Positions 23,246 to 35,225 of a stretch of DNA of 64,000 nt are shown in pieces. The position numbers and the translations under genes are program-made. The DNA comes from Mobula hypostoma (Eukaryota), in the NCBI RefSeq assembly GCF_963921235.1, contig NC_086097.1, forward strand, positions 196,294,001-196,358,000, written 5' to 3'. How positions within the stretch are numbered: position 1 is the first letter of the stretch; each line of letters opens with the position of its first letter. A model generated the notes under the pieces. It was not told where the DNA came from and did not search any database. It saw nothing but the letters and a program-made list of their open reading frames with translations.

Positions 23246-24019
23246 TACCTTAGCTCATTTCCCCTAGGTCCCTGAAACACTTTAAGTGTCAAGCATGGCC
23301 AAAAGGTGTTAATGGAGTATTGCTAACGTATCACTATGAGACACCCAAAGAATAAATATCGCAGTAGCTTTAGTGTTGAAAAGAAAGTAAATGATAGCTT
23401 CATGGACTTAGTCCACAGGCTGTTCTGAAGGAGCCAGGTTAGATTTCTGAAGCTCAGAGTACAGCCTCTTTAAAAAAGACAGTGTCAGTGCTCTGGTTCT
23501 ACCTAGAGTGTTCTACTAATGTCATAAAAGAAAATTCAAAACCGCAGTAGCTGGAACTCCGAAATAAAAACTGAAAACGTTTGAAACACTGTCAAACCAG
23601 ACAGCATGAGTAGAAAGAAAAAAATAATACTACAAATAGAACTTGTATCAGAACTTGTAAATAAAGAAAGTAAATGTCAAAATTACTACTTTTTTTCTCT
23701 TTTTCTTGAAGCCTTTACTTGCTTTTCTTTCAGTAGAAGTGTCTGACCTATTCAGTGTTTCCTACTATGGTCATAGTTTGCAGCCTTGGAGCTTCCATTA
23801 ATGTCAGTATAGGTGGACATGGAAGAGGTCATATGTGCTAATGTTGGTTGTTAATGAAAAGCCAGATCCAATTTTGCAAACTGATGTGATTTCAGTGCAA
23901 AATGTTGCTAGCATTATGTACTCTGGATCAATTTTATTTTTATATGGTTACTGCCTAAATTTGTCTGTTTTGTAAAACAGTATTTAAGTAGTACCTTGAC
24001 TCTATTCTATCCCCCTTGG

Positions 24020-25775
24020 TTCAGTCCCTTCCCACCTTCATCCATAACACTTCACATGCTCTCAGTCTCCTCAATAACTGGTAATTCCCTGGCCCTGACT
24101 GCTTCATTGTCACCATGGAAGTCCAATCCCTATACACTTCTATCCCCCTTCAAGAATACCTTAAAGCTCTCCACTTCTTTCTCAATAAAAGACCCAGCCA
24201 GTTCCCCTCCACCACCATCCTTCTCCATCTGGCAGAACTGGTCCTCATCCCCAACAATTTTTCCTCTGGCCCCTCCCACCTTCTTCATACTCAAGGGGTA
24301 GCCATGGGCACCCACATGAGCCCCAGCCATGCCTGCTTTTTTCTGGCTACATTGAACAGTTGGTGTTCCAAACCTTCCCTAATAATGCTCCTTAACTACT
24401 TCTGCGCTACATTGACGACTGTATCGATGCTGCTTCATGCACCATGCTGAGCTCATCAATTTCACCAACTTCGCTTCCAACTTCCATTCTATCCTTAAGT
24501 TCACTTGGTCCATTTCTGACACCTCGCTCTCCTTTCTTGATCTTTCTGTCTCCACCTCTGTTGACAAACTGTCAACCGACACCTTTTATAGACCTACCGA
24601 TTCCTACAATGACTTTGACTATACCTCGTCCCATTCTGTACCTGTAAAAATGCTATCCCCTTTTCTCATTTCCTTTGTCTCTGCTGCATCTGTTCCCAGG
24701 ATGACGCTCTCCTTTCCAGTATATTAGAGATGTTCTCCTTCTTCAAGAACGATACTTCCCTTCCTCCACCAATGATGCTGCCCTCACCTGGATCTCCTCC
24801 ATTTCCCAGATATTCATGCTCACCCCATCTTCTCACTGCCTTAACAGGGTTAGAGTTCCTCTTGTCTTCACCTACAACCCAAGAGCATGTATATCCAACA
24901 CATCATTCTCCACAACTTTCGCCATCTTCAGTAGGATCCTACCACCAAACTCAGCCTTACTTCCCCACCCCACTCTCCCTCTGTGAATTCCTTGTCCATT
25001 CATCCCTCCCCACTAATCTTCCTCCTGGCACATAGCCCTGCAAACAACAGAAATAGTACATCTGCCCATTCACCTCCTCCCTCACTTCTATTCAAGGCCC
25101 CAGACTGTCCTTCCACTTCACCTGTGAATCTGTTGGGGTTGTCTAATGAACTTGGTGTTCCCAATGAGGCCCCCTCTACATTGGTGAGACCCGATGAGAC
25201 CACTTTGTGGAGGACCTCCACTCCATCTGCCAAAAGTGGAATATCCTGGTGGCCAACCATTTTAATTCCTATCACCATTCCCATTCCAACATGTTGGTCC
25301 ATGGCCTCCTCTTCTGCCACGATAAAGCCACCCTCAGGGTGCAGGGGCAACACCTTATATTCTGTCTAGGTAGTCTCCAACATGATGGTATGAGCATCGA
25401 TTTCTCCTTCCAATAACTTTATTTTTTTTCCTTCCCCCTTCCCTTTTCTTCTATTTCCCACTCTGTCCTCTCACCTCTTCTCTTCACTTGCCTATCACCT
25501 CCCCATGGGTTCTCTCCTTCTTCCCTTTCTCTCCTGGTCCACTCTCATCTCCTATTAAATTCTTTCTTCTCCAGCCCTTTACCTTTCCCACCCACATGTC
25601 TTCACATATCATCTTCTAGCTTGTCATCCTTCCCCTACCCCCACATTTTTATTCTGGCATCTTCCCCCTTCCTTTCAGTCCTAATGAAGGGTCTCGGGAC
25701 AAAAAGTTAACTGTTCATTCATTTTCATAGGTGCTGCCTGACCTGCAGAGTTCGCCCAGTATTTTGTGTGTATTA
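24020..25775 (+). mobile_element. Penelope-like element (RT, GIY-YIG, pLTR), older copy
   Basis: MEVQSLYTSIP, QGVAMGT, RYIDDC, FLDL, GIY-YIG C-terminal remnants; degenerate hammerhead at 25676-25713. Confidence 0.9.
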
Positions 25776-26559
25776 ATATTTTAATAACTACAAAGCTAAA
25801 TTTTAAACCCAGATACACTCAGATAGTCTCTCAGGTGCCATTAATTGCATTTCACTGCGACTTCTTTTGATATTGAGTTTATGCAAGTAATTATTGAATT
25901 CAGTTATTTTTATTGTGTTTTAAATAATTTAATTTCTCCTGAAAAGTTCTTAATCCTGTAGGAGATTAGGAAAAATGGCAGTTTTTAACTACAAGTAAAT
26001 AAAGAGACAATTTTAGAAAATTTTCAAAGAAAATAAACTTGTAGCATTTAAAATTTTCTACAGGACAAATCAAAATAATCTCAGCGACACTGTTAATCTT
26101 AGAAGTTTTCATAATTTCTGCTATTTTTTGTTTCTGTCATAAATACAAAAGTGAAGTAAACTTTAATGTATCTTCCATGTATTTAATGGAATGATTACTG
26201 ACAGAGGACACTTGGTTATTCTCAAATGAACATCTCTCAATAAAATATGTAACTTTTATTTGAAGTCAGCACATTGGAAGAAGTTGCAATACCTTTTTTG
26301 TAGGATATATGTAAGAAGAATGTGAAACAGAAATTAGTCTTTGTTTGCCTGAATCAAACACATGAGAATATTGGCAATTTAGGGTTAGGGTTAATCAGTG
26401 GAATGTTTACTTTCCCCTCTGCTCCCTCTGCCGCAAACTTCTTACACTGCCTGCCTCATGTCCTGCTGTGTTAATTTTACTTATAAATGTAATTGTGTTT
26501 TATGAATAAATGTGTACTTTATGTGATTCAGAAACTTCTGTTTTCTTTTTGTATTATAG

Positions 26560-26608
26560 GCACAGGCAGATTTTGAATAAATTATTTAACATTGACTATA
26601 TCATGAAG
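26560..26608 (+). CDS. ABHD3: ABHD3 coding exon (49 nt): HRQILNKLFNIDYIMK
   Basis: Pyrimidine tract with tatAG acceptor and GTAAAT donor; phase matches both neighbours. Confidence 0.9.
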
Positions 26609-26726
26609 GTAAATAAATAACTCCTTCAATTATTATCTGTATATATTGGAGAATAAGTTTTTCATACATTTGTATATATTATCAACATCATTTTCCATTT
26701 ATTATTGTTTAATTTATTTATCAAAG

Positions 26727-26892
26727 GCAAAAACTATCAGAGAATTCGATGAACGGTTTACATCAGTGATGTTTGGCTATAAGACAAATGTTGATTATTA
26801 CAAAGATGCCAGTCCTTCTCACAAACTGAAGTCTATTGAAGTTCCTGTCCTGTGTTTAAATGCATTAGACGATGTCTTCTCACCAGCTTATG
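26727..26892 (+). CDS. ABHD3: ABHD3 coding exon (166 nt) with the catalytic Asp: AKTIREFDERFTSVMFGY...VLCLNALDDVFSPAY
   Basis: tcaaAG acceptor after a 118-bp intron; GTAAGC donor; conserved IREFD and NAxDD motifs. Confidence 0.96.
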
Positions 26893-27879
26893 GTAAGCTA
26901 AAGTTTTGCTGAACCTATTCATTTTACAGCATTTGACAGACAGAACAATATTTGAAGTTCACTTTTCACTTAATTACTTAAATCCTTGGTAAGGAATGTA
27001 GATTTTTTATGTTTATCATAGAGTATTGGAGATCACATGACATCAAATGCTTTTGTGCCCAAAAACCAATTTTGTGTCAAAACTTGCTTTATAAAGTTAA
27101 TATTGGAATTAATTTGCATTTATCTCAAAGTAACTGACACAAACAGATCTTTAAAGCATTAAATAGTCCAGCCAGCACATAAAAAAAGGCAAACTAGTAT
27201 GGGAATAGGGACAGACAATAGAAGTTGTTGGCTACTGTGCAACGACAGAAATAAGATTTTTTTTCATTCACTAACTGCAAGTTCAAGAGAACATGAGATT
27301 TTTTATTGTTATTATTCACATATGATGTGTGAGAAGAGTGATTAAAGCCTTCAGTTATTCCCCATCCTTGCTGCCTTGAGAAGTGAAAAAAGAACTCTTT
27401 CCCATAATTGCTGAAACACATTGATGGTGAATATACTCCTACAAAGTTTGACTTGATCATCTGTCTTAAACTGGCAATTACTCCAGTAAGCACAGGTACT
27501 TAAATTTACATCCATCTAAAGGCAGGTTGGTTTGCCAAAACGGCTGGCCATTCATTCAGACAATCACCCTCCAACTGCATAATGAATCTGGGCCCTTGCT
27601 AACCACTAAGAAATCGTTGATATAAAGTCTCCAGAATAGAAGATAAGACAACGTTTAGAAAGAAACAAGAATTTAACTTCAGTGGCACTATCTGAAACAA
27701 GGCAGGTGAATTTATAACACATGTCCAACATTGTGGGGATCACAGAATTGTGGCTGACAGAAGATCACAGCTGGGAGCTGAGCATCCAAACATACACATT
27801 TTATCAAAAAGTCATGCAGGTGAGCAGAAGGTATGGGGTGGCTCTCTGGTTAGAGGGATATTCATGGGGTATTCCAATA

Positions 27880-30370
27880 TAACACCATAACACATTGGAG
27901 CTTAATTAATTAGGCCATTCAGTCCATCAAGTCTGCTCCACCATTTGATCATGGCTGATCAATTTCCTTCTCAACCCCATTCTCCTGCCTTCTCCCTGTA
28001 ACCTTTTATGCTCTTACTTATCAAGAGTCTATCAACCACTGCCTATTTACCACTGTCTGGCTAGAGAAATTCCTCCTCTTTTCCGTTCTAAATGGACATC
28101 CCTCTATACTGTGGTTGTGCTCTCTGGTCCTAGATACCTCCCACTCCCCCAGATCATTATAGGTAATCATCATCATCAGGTACCATGCCCAGTTTGAGCT
28201 TTGACTGCCATGGCCCACACACTCCTGTTTTGGGTCAAGAGGATCAATTCATTGGTATTCATTTCCAGTTCTCTGGCTGCTGTCTCCATCATCATTTGTC
28301 TTCGTCTTCCTTTCAATCTTTCCCATAATTACCATGCATTCTAACCCCTCTTTCCTAATCACATCCAATGAAGTTACGTTACCTTTTCATGATCTCATAC
28401 ATTATTTCTCTTTTTGTGTTTGCTCTGTTCATGACATCCTCGTTAGATATTCGTTTTGTCCATGATATTCTTTGTATCCTCCTCAAACACCACATCTCTG
28501 CTGCTTCAATTCATTTCCTCATGTTACTAGATATTGTCCAATATTCTGAGCCATATAACATAACTGGATAAACGTAACATTTCAGTACCCTGAGGCAGGT
28601 TGTCATGCCTAGTTTAGTATTGGTCAGTATACTCTTCATTCTCGTAAAGGTGTCTTTTGCCATCCCTATTCTTCTTTTGATGTCCAAGTCGCACCTGCCA
28701 TCTGATGTCACCCAGCTTCCAAAGTAGCAAAAGTTCTGTACTTGTTTTATGCCTCCTCCATTTATTCTCAGCCTGCAGATAGGATTCTCCTTCTTGTATA
28801 TCACCATACATTCTGTCTTTTTGCAATTGATAGACCCATTTTTGTACTTTCTTCAACAATTATATCAATTAAGTTTTGTAGTTCTTCCTCCGTACTTGCA
28901 ATTAACACAGTGTCATCTACATATCTGAAATTATTGATGTTTTCACCGCCAACTTTGATTCCCAAGATGTCTCTTATTTTTTGTAATATTGTTTCACTGT
29001 ACACTGTACACAGGGAAGAAAACATATCCTTGTATAACGCCTCTCTTGATTTTCGTAAACTGACTCACTTCTCCATCTATTCTTACAGCGGCAGTTTGTT
29101 CCCAGTACAGGTTTCTGATTAGGCGGAGGTCTTTCAAATCTAGATCTAGAGTTTTCTATAATATTTCAAATAACTTATTGTGCTTCACTTTATCAAATGC
29201 TTTTGTGTAGTCGATAAAACAAACAAACAAATCTTTTTGCAAATCTTATGGGTAATATAATTTCCATATCACTCTATCTAGGCCTTTCAACATTCAATAA
29301 AGGTTTCAATGAGATCCCCCTTTATTCTTCTAAATTGCAGTGAGTATAGGCCTAGAGCCATCAAAAGCTTCTCATATGACAAGCCATTCTATCCCAGAAT
29401 CATTTTTGTGAACCACCTTTGAACTACTACTACTACTACTACCTTTTAGTCGACGTCGTAGTAGTTTGAACCTTCTCTAATGTCAACAGGAGTCCAAAAC
29501 TGCTCACAATACTCCAGGTGAGGCCTCACCACTGCTTTATATAGCATCAGCATTACATCCTTGTTTTTATATTCTACTCCTCTCGAAATGAAAACTAACA
29601 TTGCATTGGCCTTCCTCATCACCGACTTAACCTTCCAGCTAACCTTCAGGGAATCCTGCACAAGGACTCCCAAGTCCCCTTGCACCTTGGATTTTTTAAT
29701 TTTTTCCCTACTTAGAAAATAGTCCACATCTTTATTCTGTATATCAAAGTGCATGGCCATACACTTCCTGACACTTCCATCTGCCGCTTCTTTGCCCATT
29801 CTCCTAATTAACCACCCTGTTTCCTCAACAATACCTGCACCTCCAACTATCTTTGTATCATCTGCAAACTTGGTCACAGAGCCCTTAATTCTGTCATCCA
29901 AATCACTGACATACAACATAAAAAGAAGCAGTCCCAACACTGACCCCTGTGAAACCCCGCTAGTCACTGGCAGCCAACCAGAAAAGGCTCCCTTTACCTC
30001 TACTCTTTGTCTTATGCCAATCAGCCAATGCTCAATCTATTCTAGTATCTTTTCTGTAATATCATGAACTCAAATCTTACTAAGCAGCCTCATGTGTGGC
30101 ACTTGTCAAAGGCCTTTTGAAAATCCAAGTACACAACATTCATTGATTCTCCTTTGTCTATCCTGTTTATTATTTCTTCAAAGAATTCCAGCAGATTAGT
30201 CAGGCAAGATTTTCCCTTAAGGAAACCATGCTGACTTTGGCCCATTTTATCATGTGCCTCCAAGTGCCCCAAAACCTCATCGTTAACAATCGACTCCAGC
30301 ATCTTCCCAACCACTGATGTCAGGGTAACTGGCCTGTTATTTCCTTTTGTCTGCCTCAACCCCTTCTTGC
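27880..30370 (-). mobile_element. CR1 LINE 3' half, split by an RTE insertion and a 40-bp micro-insertion
   Basis: ORFs 30090-30398 and 29446-29967 (GVSQGSVLG, KFADDTK, RPHLEYC); 3' end near 27880. Confidence 0.88.
28168..29245 (-). mobile_element. RTE (BovB-like) LINE, 5'-truncated
   Basis: GGENINNFRYVDDTVLIASTEEELQ, DIKRRIGMAK, PVMLYGSEYW; (GAT)n tail; TSD TTAT(A/G)GGTAAT at 28157-28167 and 29246-29256. Confidence 0.88.
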
Positions 30371-30374
30371 AGGT

Positions 30375-30857
30375 AGATTGGTTGATGCTGGATCCCAAGA
30401 GATGGAATTTGTAGAATACCTAAGACATAACTTTTAGAACAGCTTGTGGTTGAGCCCACTAGGGGAAAGGCAATTCAGGATTGGGTGTTGTGCCATGACC
30501 TGATTTGATCAGAGAGCTTCAGGTAAAGGAATCCTTAGACAATGATCATAATATGATAGAATTCATTCTGCAGTTTGAGAGGGAGAAGTTATTGGATGTA
30601 TCAATGTTATAGTTGAGTAAAGGTAACTACAAAGGCATAAGAGAAGGATTGATTGGAAGGCGACCTGGAGTTTCTGGGAGCAGTTTGGAAGATGCAGGAT
30701 CTTTTCATTTTAAAGCAGAGGTATTCTTTTGGGAGGATGAGGCAATCATGACTGATAAAGAAATTCAAAGGCAGCATAAAACCAAAACAGAGGGAATATA
30801 TTAGTGGGAAGCTAGAGGACTATGATGCTTTTTAAAAACCACAGAGGTAACTCTGGA
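30375..30857 (+). mobile_element. CR1 ORF2 APE/linker fragment, inverted relative to the adjacent CR1
   Basis: FLEQLVVEPTRGKAI and DHNMIEF-like translations. Confidence 0.7.
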
Positions 30858-31109
30858 AATCTTGCTGATTTCCAGGGTCCTGAGCATGTCTAGCAAGGTC
30901 TGATTAAACCTCTCTGGCTGGGGATCACTCGAGTTCTTGACTCCAAGCATGCCCAGTAACTCATGGATGAGTCTGCTCTCGAAATCATGTCCCTGATCAC
31001 TATGTATCCACCTGGGAAGGCCATAATAGATGAAATACTTCTCCCATAACACTTTTTCCACCATAGATGCCCTCTAGTCCTTGGTAGGAAAAGCCTAAGC
31101 ATATCTGGT

Positions 31110-34100
31110 GTTGTTATTGTTGTTGTTCGTCCTTTGTAGTCGAAGATGACCATGGCTTCAAAGTCAAATGGGAGATTGGTGGCTGTGGGTCCGGAGGTGA
31201 CTGATGAGGCCAATCCGGGCCCTGAAGGCTCGCCCACATGTGGGACACAAGTGGGTGGGTGCTGTCGTGGCAGTGGATGCTGCTCGGGCCTTGCGCACAG
31301 CACGCTTTCGTTGCGTCTCGATGATGCGCCTGACTTCAGCTGCACGGGCTCCTGTGGTGATCTCACTGCGCCAAGCTGGACGGTCGAGGGCAAGCGTCTC
31401 CCACGTGTTGATGTCGACACCCAGGCCTTTGAGGGACGCTTTGAGGTAGTCTTTGTAAAGTTTCTTCTGCCCCCCGACTGAGTGCTTGCCCTGACACAGT
31501 TCTCCGTACAGCAGCTGCTTAGGCAATCGGCTGTCTGGCTGTCTGGCATTCTGACCACATGTCCAGCCCACCTGGCTTGGACTTTCAGCAGGAGGGTGTA
31601 GACGCTGCAGAGCCCAGCTCGTTCCAGGACTTCCATGTCGGGGACTTTGTCCTGCCACCTGATGTGGAGGAGTCTGCGGAGACAGCTCAGGTGAAAATGG
31701 TTGAGCTGTTTGGCGTGTCTGCTGTAGACAGTCCAGGTCTCGCTGGCGTAAAGGAGGGTGGTAAGGACCACTGCACAGTAGACCTTCAGCTTGGTGGTAA
31801 GGCTGAGTCCTTTCCGCTCCCAGACGTTCTCACGGAGTCTCCCAAAGGCGGCGCTGGCTTTGGCAATCCTGTTGTTGACCTCAGCGTCTATGTTCACTGC
31901 GCGAGAGAGTATGCTGCCCAGGTAGGTGAAGTTGTCGACTGCCTGGAGGTTCTGGCCCTTCACCATGATGCGCGGCTCCTGGTATGGCTTTCCTGGGGCA
32001 GGCTGGTACATAACTTCAGTCTTTTTGGTGCTGATAGTGAGTCCGAAGTTGTCGCAGGCTTGTGAGAAGCAGTCCATTTCACGCTGCATCTCCTGCTCTG
32101 TGCTGGCGTTGAGTGCACAGTCATCAGCAAACAAGAAATCTCTGATGACAGTCTCTCTCACCTTTGTAACTGCCTGCAGGTGCCTAAGGTTGAACAACCT
32201 GCCGTCAGTCCTGTACCTGACGTGGATTCCTTCTTCGTAGTTACGGAAAGCATCTGTCAGCTTGGCAGAGAATATCATACTGAATAGAGTCGGGGCAAGA
32301 ATGCAGTCTTGTTTGATGCCATTTGTCACTGGGAAGGCCTCCGACGCGTCGCTGTCATCCAGAACTTTCACCATCATACCGTCGTGGAACTGCCGGACGA
32401 TTGTGATGAACTTGCTGGGGCAGCCAAACTTCTCCATGATCTTCCACAAGCCTTCTCTGCTGACCGTATCGAAAGCCTTGGTTAGATCAACAAAGGTCAC
32501 GAAAAGGTCGCTGTGTTGCTCCTGGCATTTTTCCTGGAGTTGGCGCGCGCAGCAAAAATCATGTCCGCGGTCCCACGTTCAGCACGGAAGCCGCACTGGC
32601 TTTCTGGGAGCAGACTTTGCTCAAGATGTTGGAGAAGGCGGTTGAGCAGGATGCTGGCCAGAATCTTCCCCGCAATGGACAAGAGGGAGATGCCTCAGTG
32701 GTTGTCGCAAGACTGGCGGTTGCCTTTCCTCTTGTAGATGTGGACTATGCCGGCATCTTTCAGCTGTTGCGGGACCTGTCCCTTTTTCCACATGGACTGG
32801 AAGAGTACAGTCAGCTTTTGCATCATGACAGGGCCTCCTGCTTTGTATACCTCAGCCGGGATTGCATCGGGTCCTGGCGCTTTGCCACAGGAGAGTTGCT
32901 TCACTGCCTTCCTGACTTCATCTACTGTGGGGAGGGTGTCGAGGTTCTTGTTGATCTCTTCCTGGGGCAGGTGGGCAATGGCCTCGTCGTTGATGTCGGC
33001 AGGGCGGTTAAGGACGTTGTTAAAGTGCTCAGCCCACTGATCCAGAATCTGCTTCTTCTCTGTCAGCAGCTGCGTCTCATCTGCGTTGAGGAGGGGTGAG
33101 GAGCCGGAGGGGTGAGGTCCGTATACAGCCTTAAGCGCATTGTAGAAGCGCTTTATGTCGTGGCTGTCTGCATAGCCCTGGATTTCATCAGCCTTCTTGC
33201 TGAACCAGCTGTCCGGCATCTCGCCAAGTTTTTTCTGCACCTTTCTTCTTGCGTTGGTAAAGGCATCTTTCTTGGCTAGTGACGTGGAGTCGTTCTGATG
33301 CGCTCTGTAATGTTGATGTTTCTCCGTTAGTAGTGCCTATATTTCTTCATCATTCTCATCGAACCAGTCTTGGTTTCTTCGGGTTGCTGGTCCGAGATGT
33401 TCGAGGACGGTAGTGTAGACAGCGTCTCTGAAGGCCGTCCACTGTTCCTCAACGCTGGTCCCGTCATCCTGTGGTGTGTCTGGCAGTCTGCATTCAAGGT
33501 CATCGACGAATTCTTCTGCAACCCTGCTGCTTTTCAGCTTGGAGACATTCAGCCTCTTTGCAGTCTTCTGCCCTTGGGGTCTTCTCATGGGCAGAATGCG
33601 AAGCCTGAACTTGGACACAATGAGGCGGTGGTCGGTCCAGCAGTCAGCACCACACATGGCTCTCGTCACTCTGACATCCATCCTGTCCCTCTTCCTGGTG
33701 ATGATGTAGTCAATCAGATGCCAGTGCTTCGAGCGTGGGTGCACCCATGATGTCTTCTTACGGGTGGGTAGGTGGAACAGGGTGTTGGTGATGACAAGGT
33801 CATGTGTGGCACATGTCTTGAGGAGCAGAAGGCCATTGTTGTTACACTTGCCAGTGCCGTGTCTTCCAATGATCCCTTCCCAGGTTTGGTAGTCTGTCCC
33901 TACTCTGGCATTGAAGTTCCCGAGAATGATGAGCTTCTCTGACTGTGGGATTGCTGAGATGAGGGCGTCGGGTTCTTCATAGAACTTGTCTCTAATGTCA
34001 TCTGGTTGGTCATGGTGGGAGCGTAGGCACTAATCAGCGTAGCACTCTTCTTGTTTACAAGTGGGAGCTGAAGTGTCATCAGGCGGTCGTTGATGCTCTC

Positions 34101-35225
34101 TGGGTGCTTGGTGAGTTTACGGGCGAGGTTAGAATTGATGGCAAATCCCACGCCTGCTTCTCGTTGTTCAGCGCTGCTGCGACCGCTCCAGAAGAACGTG
34201 TATCCACCACTACGTTCTGTCAGCTGGTCCTTGTCTGCTAGGCGTGTTTTGCTGAGAGCTGCTATGTCCACGTTGTAGCGAGCTAGCTCTTTTACAACCA
34301 GTGCAGTTCTTCTCTCTGGTCTGTCTGCCTTGATGTTATCTTGCAGAGTTCTCACATTCCATGTGCCAAGGTTGAGCACCATCACTTTCTTCTTCACTGT
34401 TGTAGGTCGACCGCTATGAGGTGATCCCCACCAGCCGCGGTAAGCTGGCCAGGGTGAAGTGAAGCAGACTATGTTTGAGGCACCTTTTCCAGCCCCTTCC
34501 TCCATGGAGGTGAGCAGAGTGATCCTAAAGAGGGCTGCTCAGACACCCAGGGGGCTGCCGAACTCAACTGCTGCTTCGGTCCAGTAGAGAGCGACCCTAT
34601 GCCCTGGGTCACCTGTGTGCAGGTTTGTGACTACAGCTTCCAGTGTATCCGTACCTGCTGCTTCGCCACTCCCCCATCGCCACAGGACTTTAGGTTGCGC
34701 GTTGGGTTTGAAGTCATGACTTGCGCTTAACTTGGATTAAAGTGAGGGAGAGTTGCGCAGGTCGTCAGCCTCACTCTCTCGTCCCGGCCTATCTGGACCC
34801 AGTGGCAAGACATAGTCGAGACGGCTGGAGATAGGTCAGGATGCAGTGGATGGCCAGCAGTGTTCTGTGTGTCTCACTGTGCCCTCATAGTGCTCCACGA
34901 CGCATTGCTGAGAATCGCCTTTCTGCCCGTTGAACCAGTGATGGTTTCTTCCACGCAGTCCGCCGAATCCAGGCTTCACACGCTAGGTAGACAAGCCCTG
35001 AGTGTTGTGGGTCTACGGCAGTTCTTGCGGCGTGCTCGCAAGCCTCCCTACCCATTGTTGGGCATCCTCATCTGCCTTTGCAGCCGTTGGGAGATGTCTC
35101 CTCTTCCACCTGCTCCGCCGTTGGGATGATCACCTTGGTTACTGGCCTATGGAAGCGGGCTCTCAGCTCACCGCCGCGCTGGCCGTACCAGGCGGTGGGG
35201 GCGGGCGGCGGCGGTCGTGCCGGGC
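31110..35225 (-). mobile_element. Near-full-length RTE LINE (long 5' UTR, APE, RT, C2H2 zinc finger, (ACA)n tail)
   Basis: LGTWNVRTL, ISAYAPT, HLIDYII, TDHRL (APE); FVDLTKAFD, QDCILAP, FADD (RT); CPTCGRAFRARIGLISHLRTH. Removing it restores the host integrase frame GAC CAC TAC|ACC AGA. Confidence 0.95.

Noticed and set aside
25676..25713. Active sense-strand hammerheads in ABHD3 introns (also about 22170 and 42041)
   Set aside because: Core boxes are mutated (CTAATGA, CTGTTGA, AAAA or TAAA instead of GAAA), so cleavage of the pre-mRNA is unlikely.
30890..32500. 536-aa ORF as a novel RT fusion protein
   Set aside because: RTE RT read-through after an 8-bp duplication frameshift, running out of frame into Gypsy sequence.
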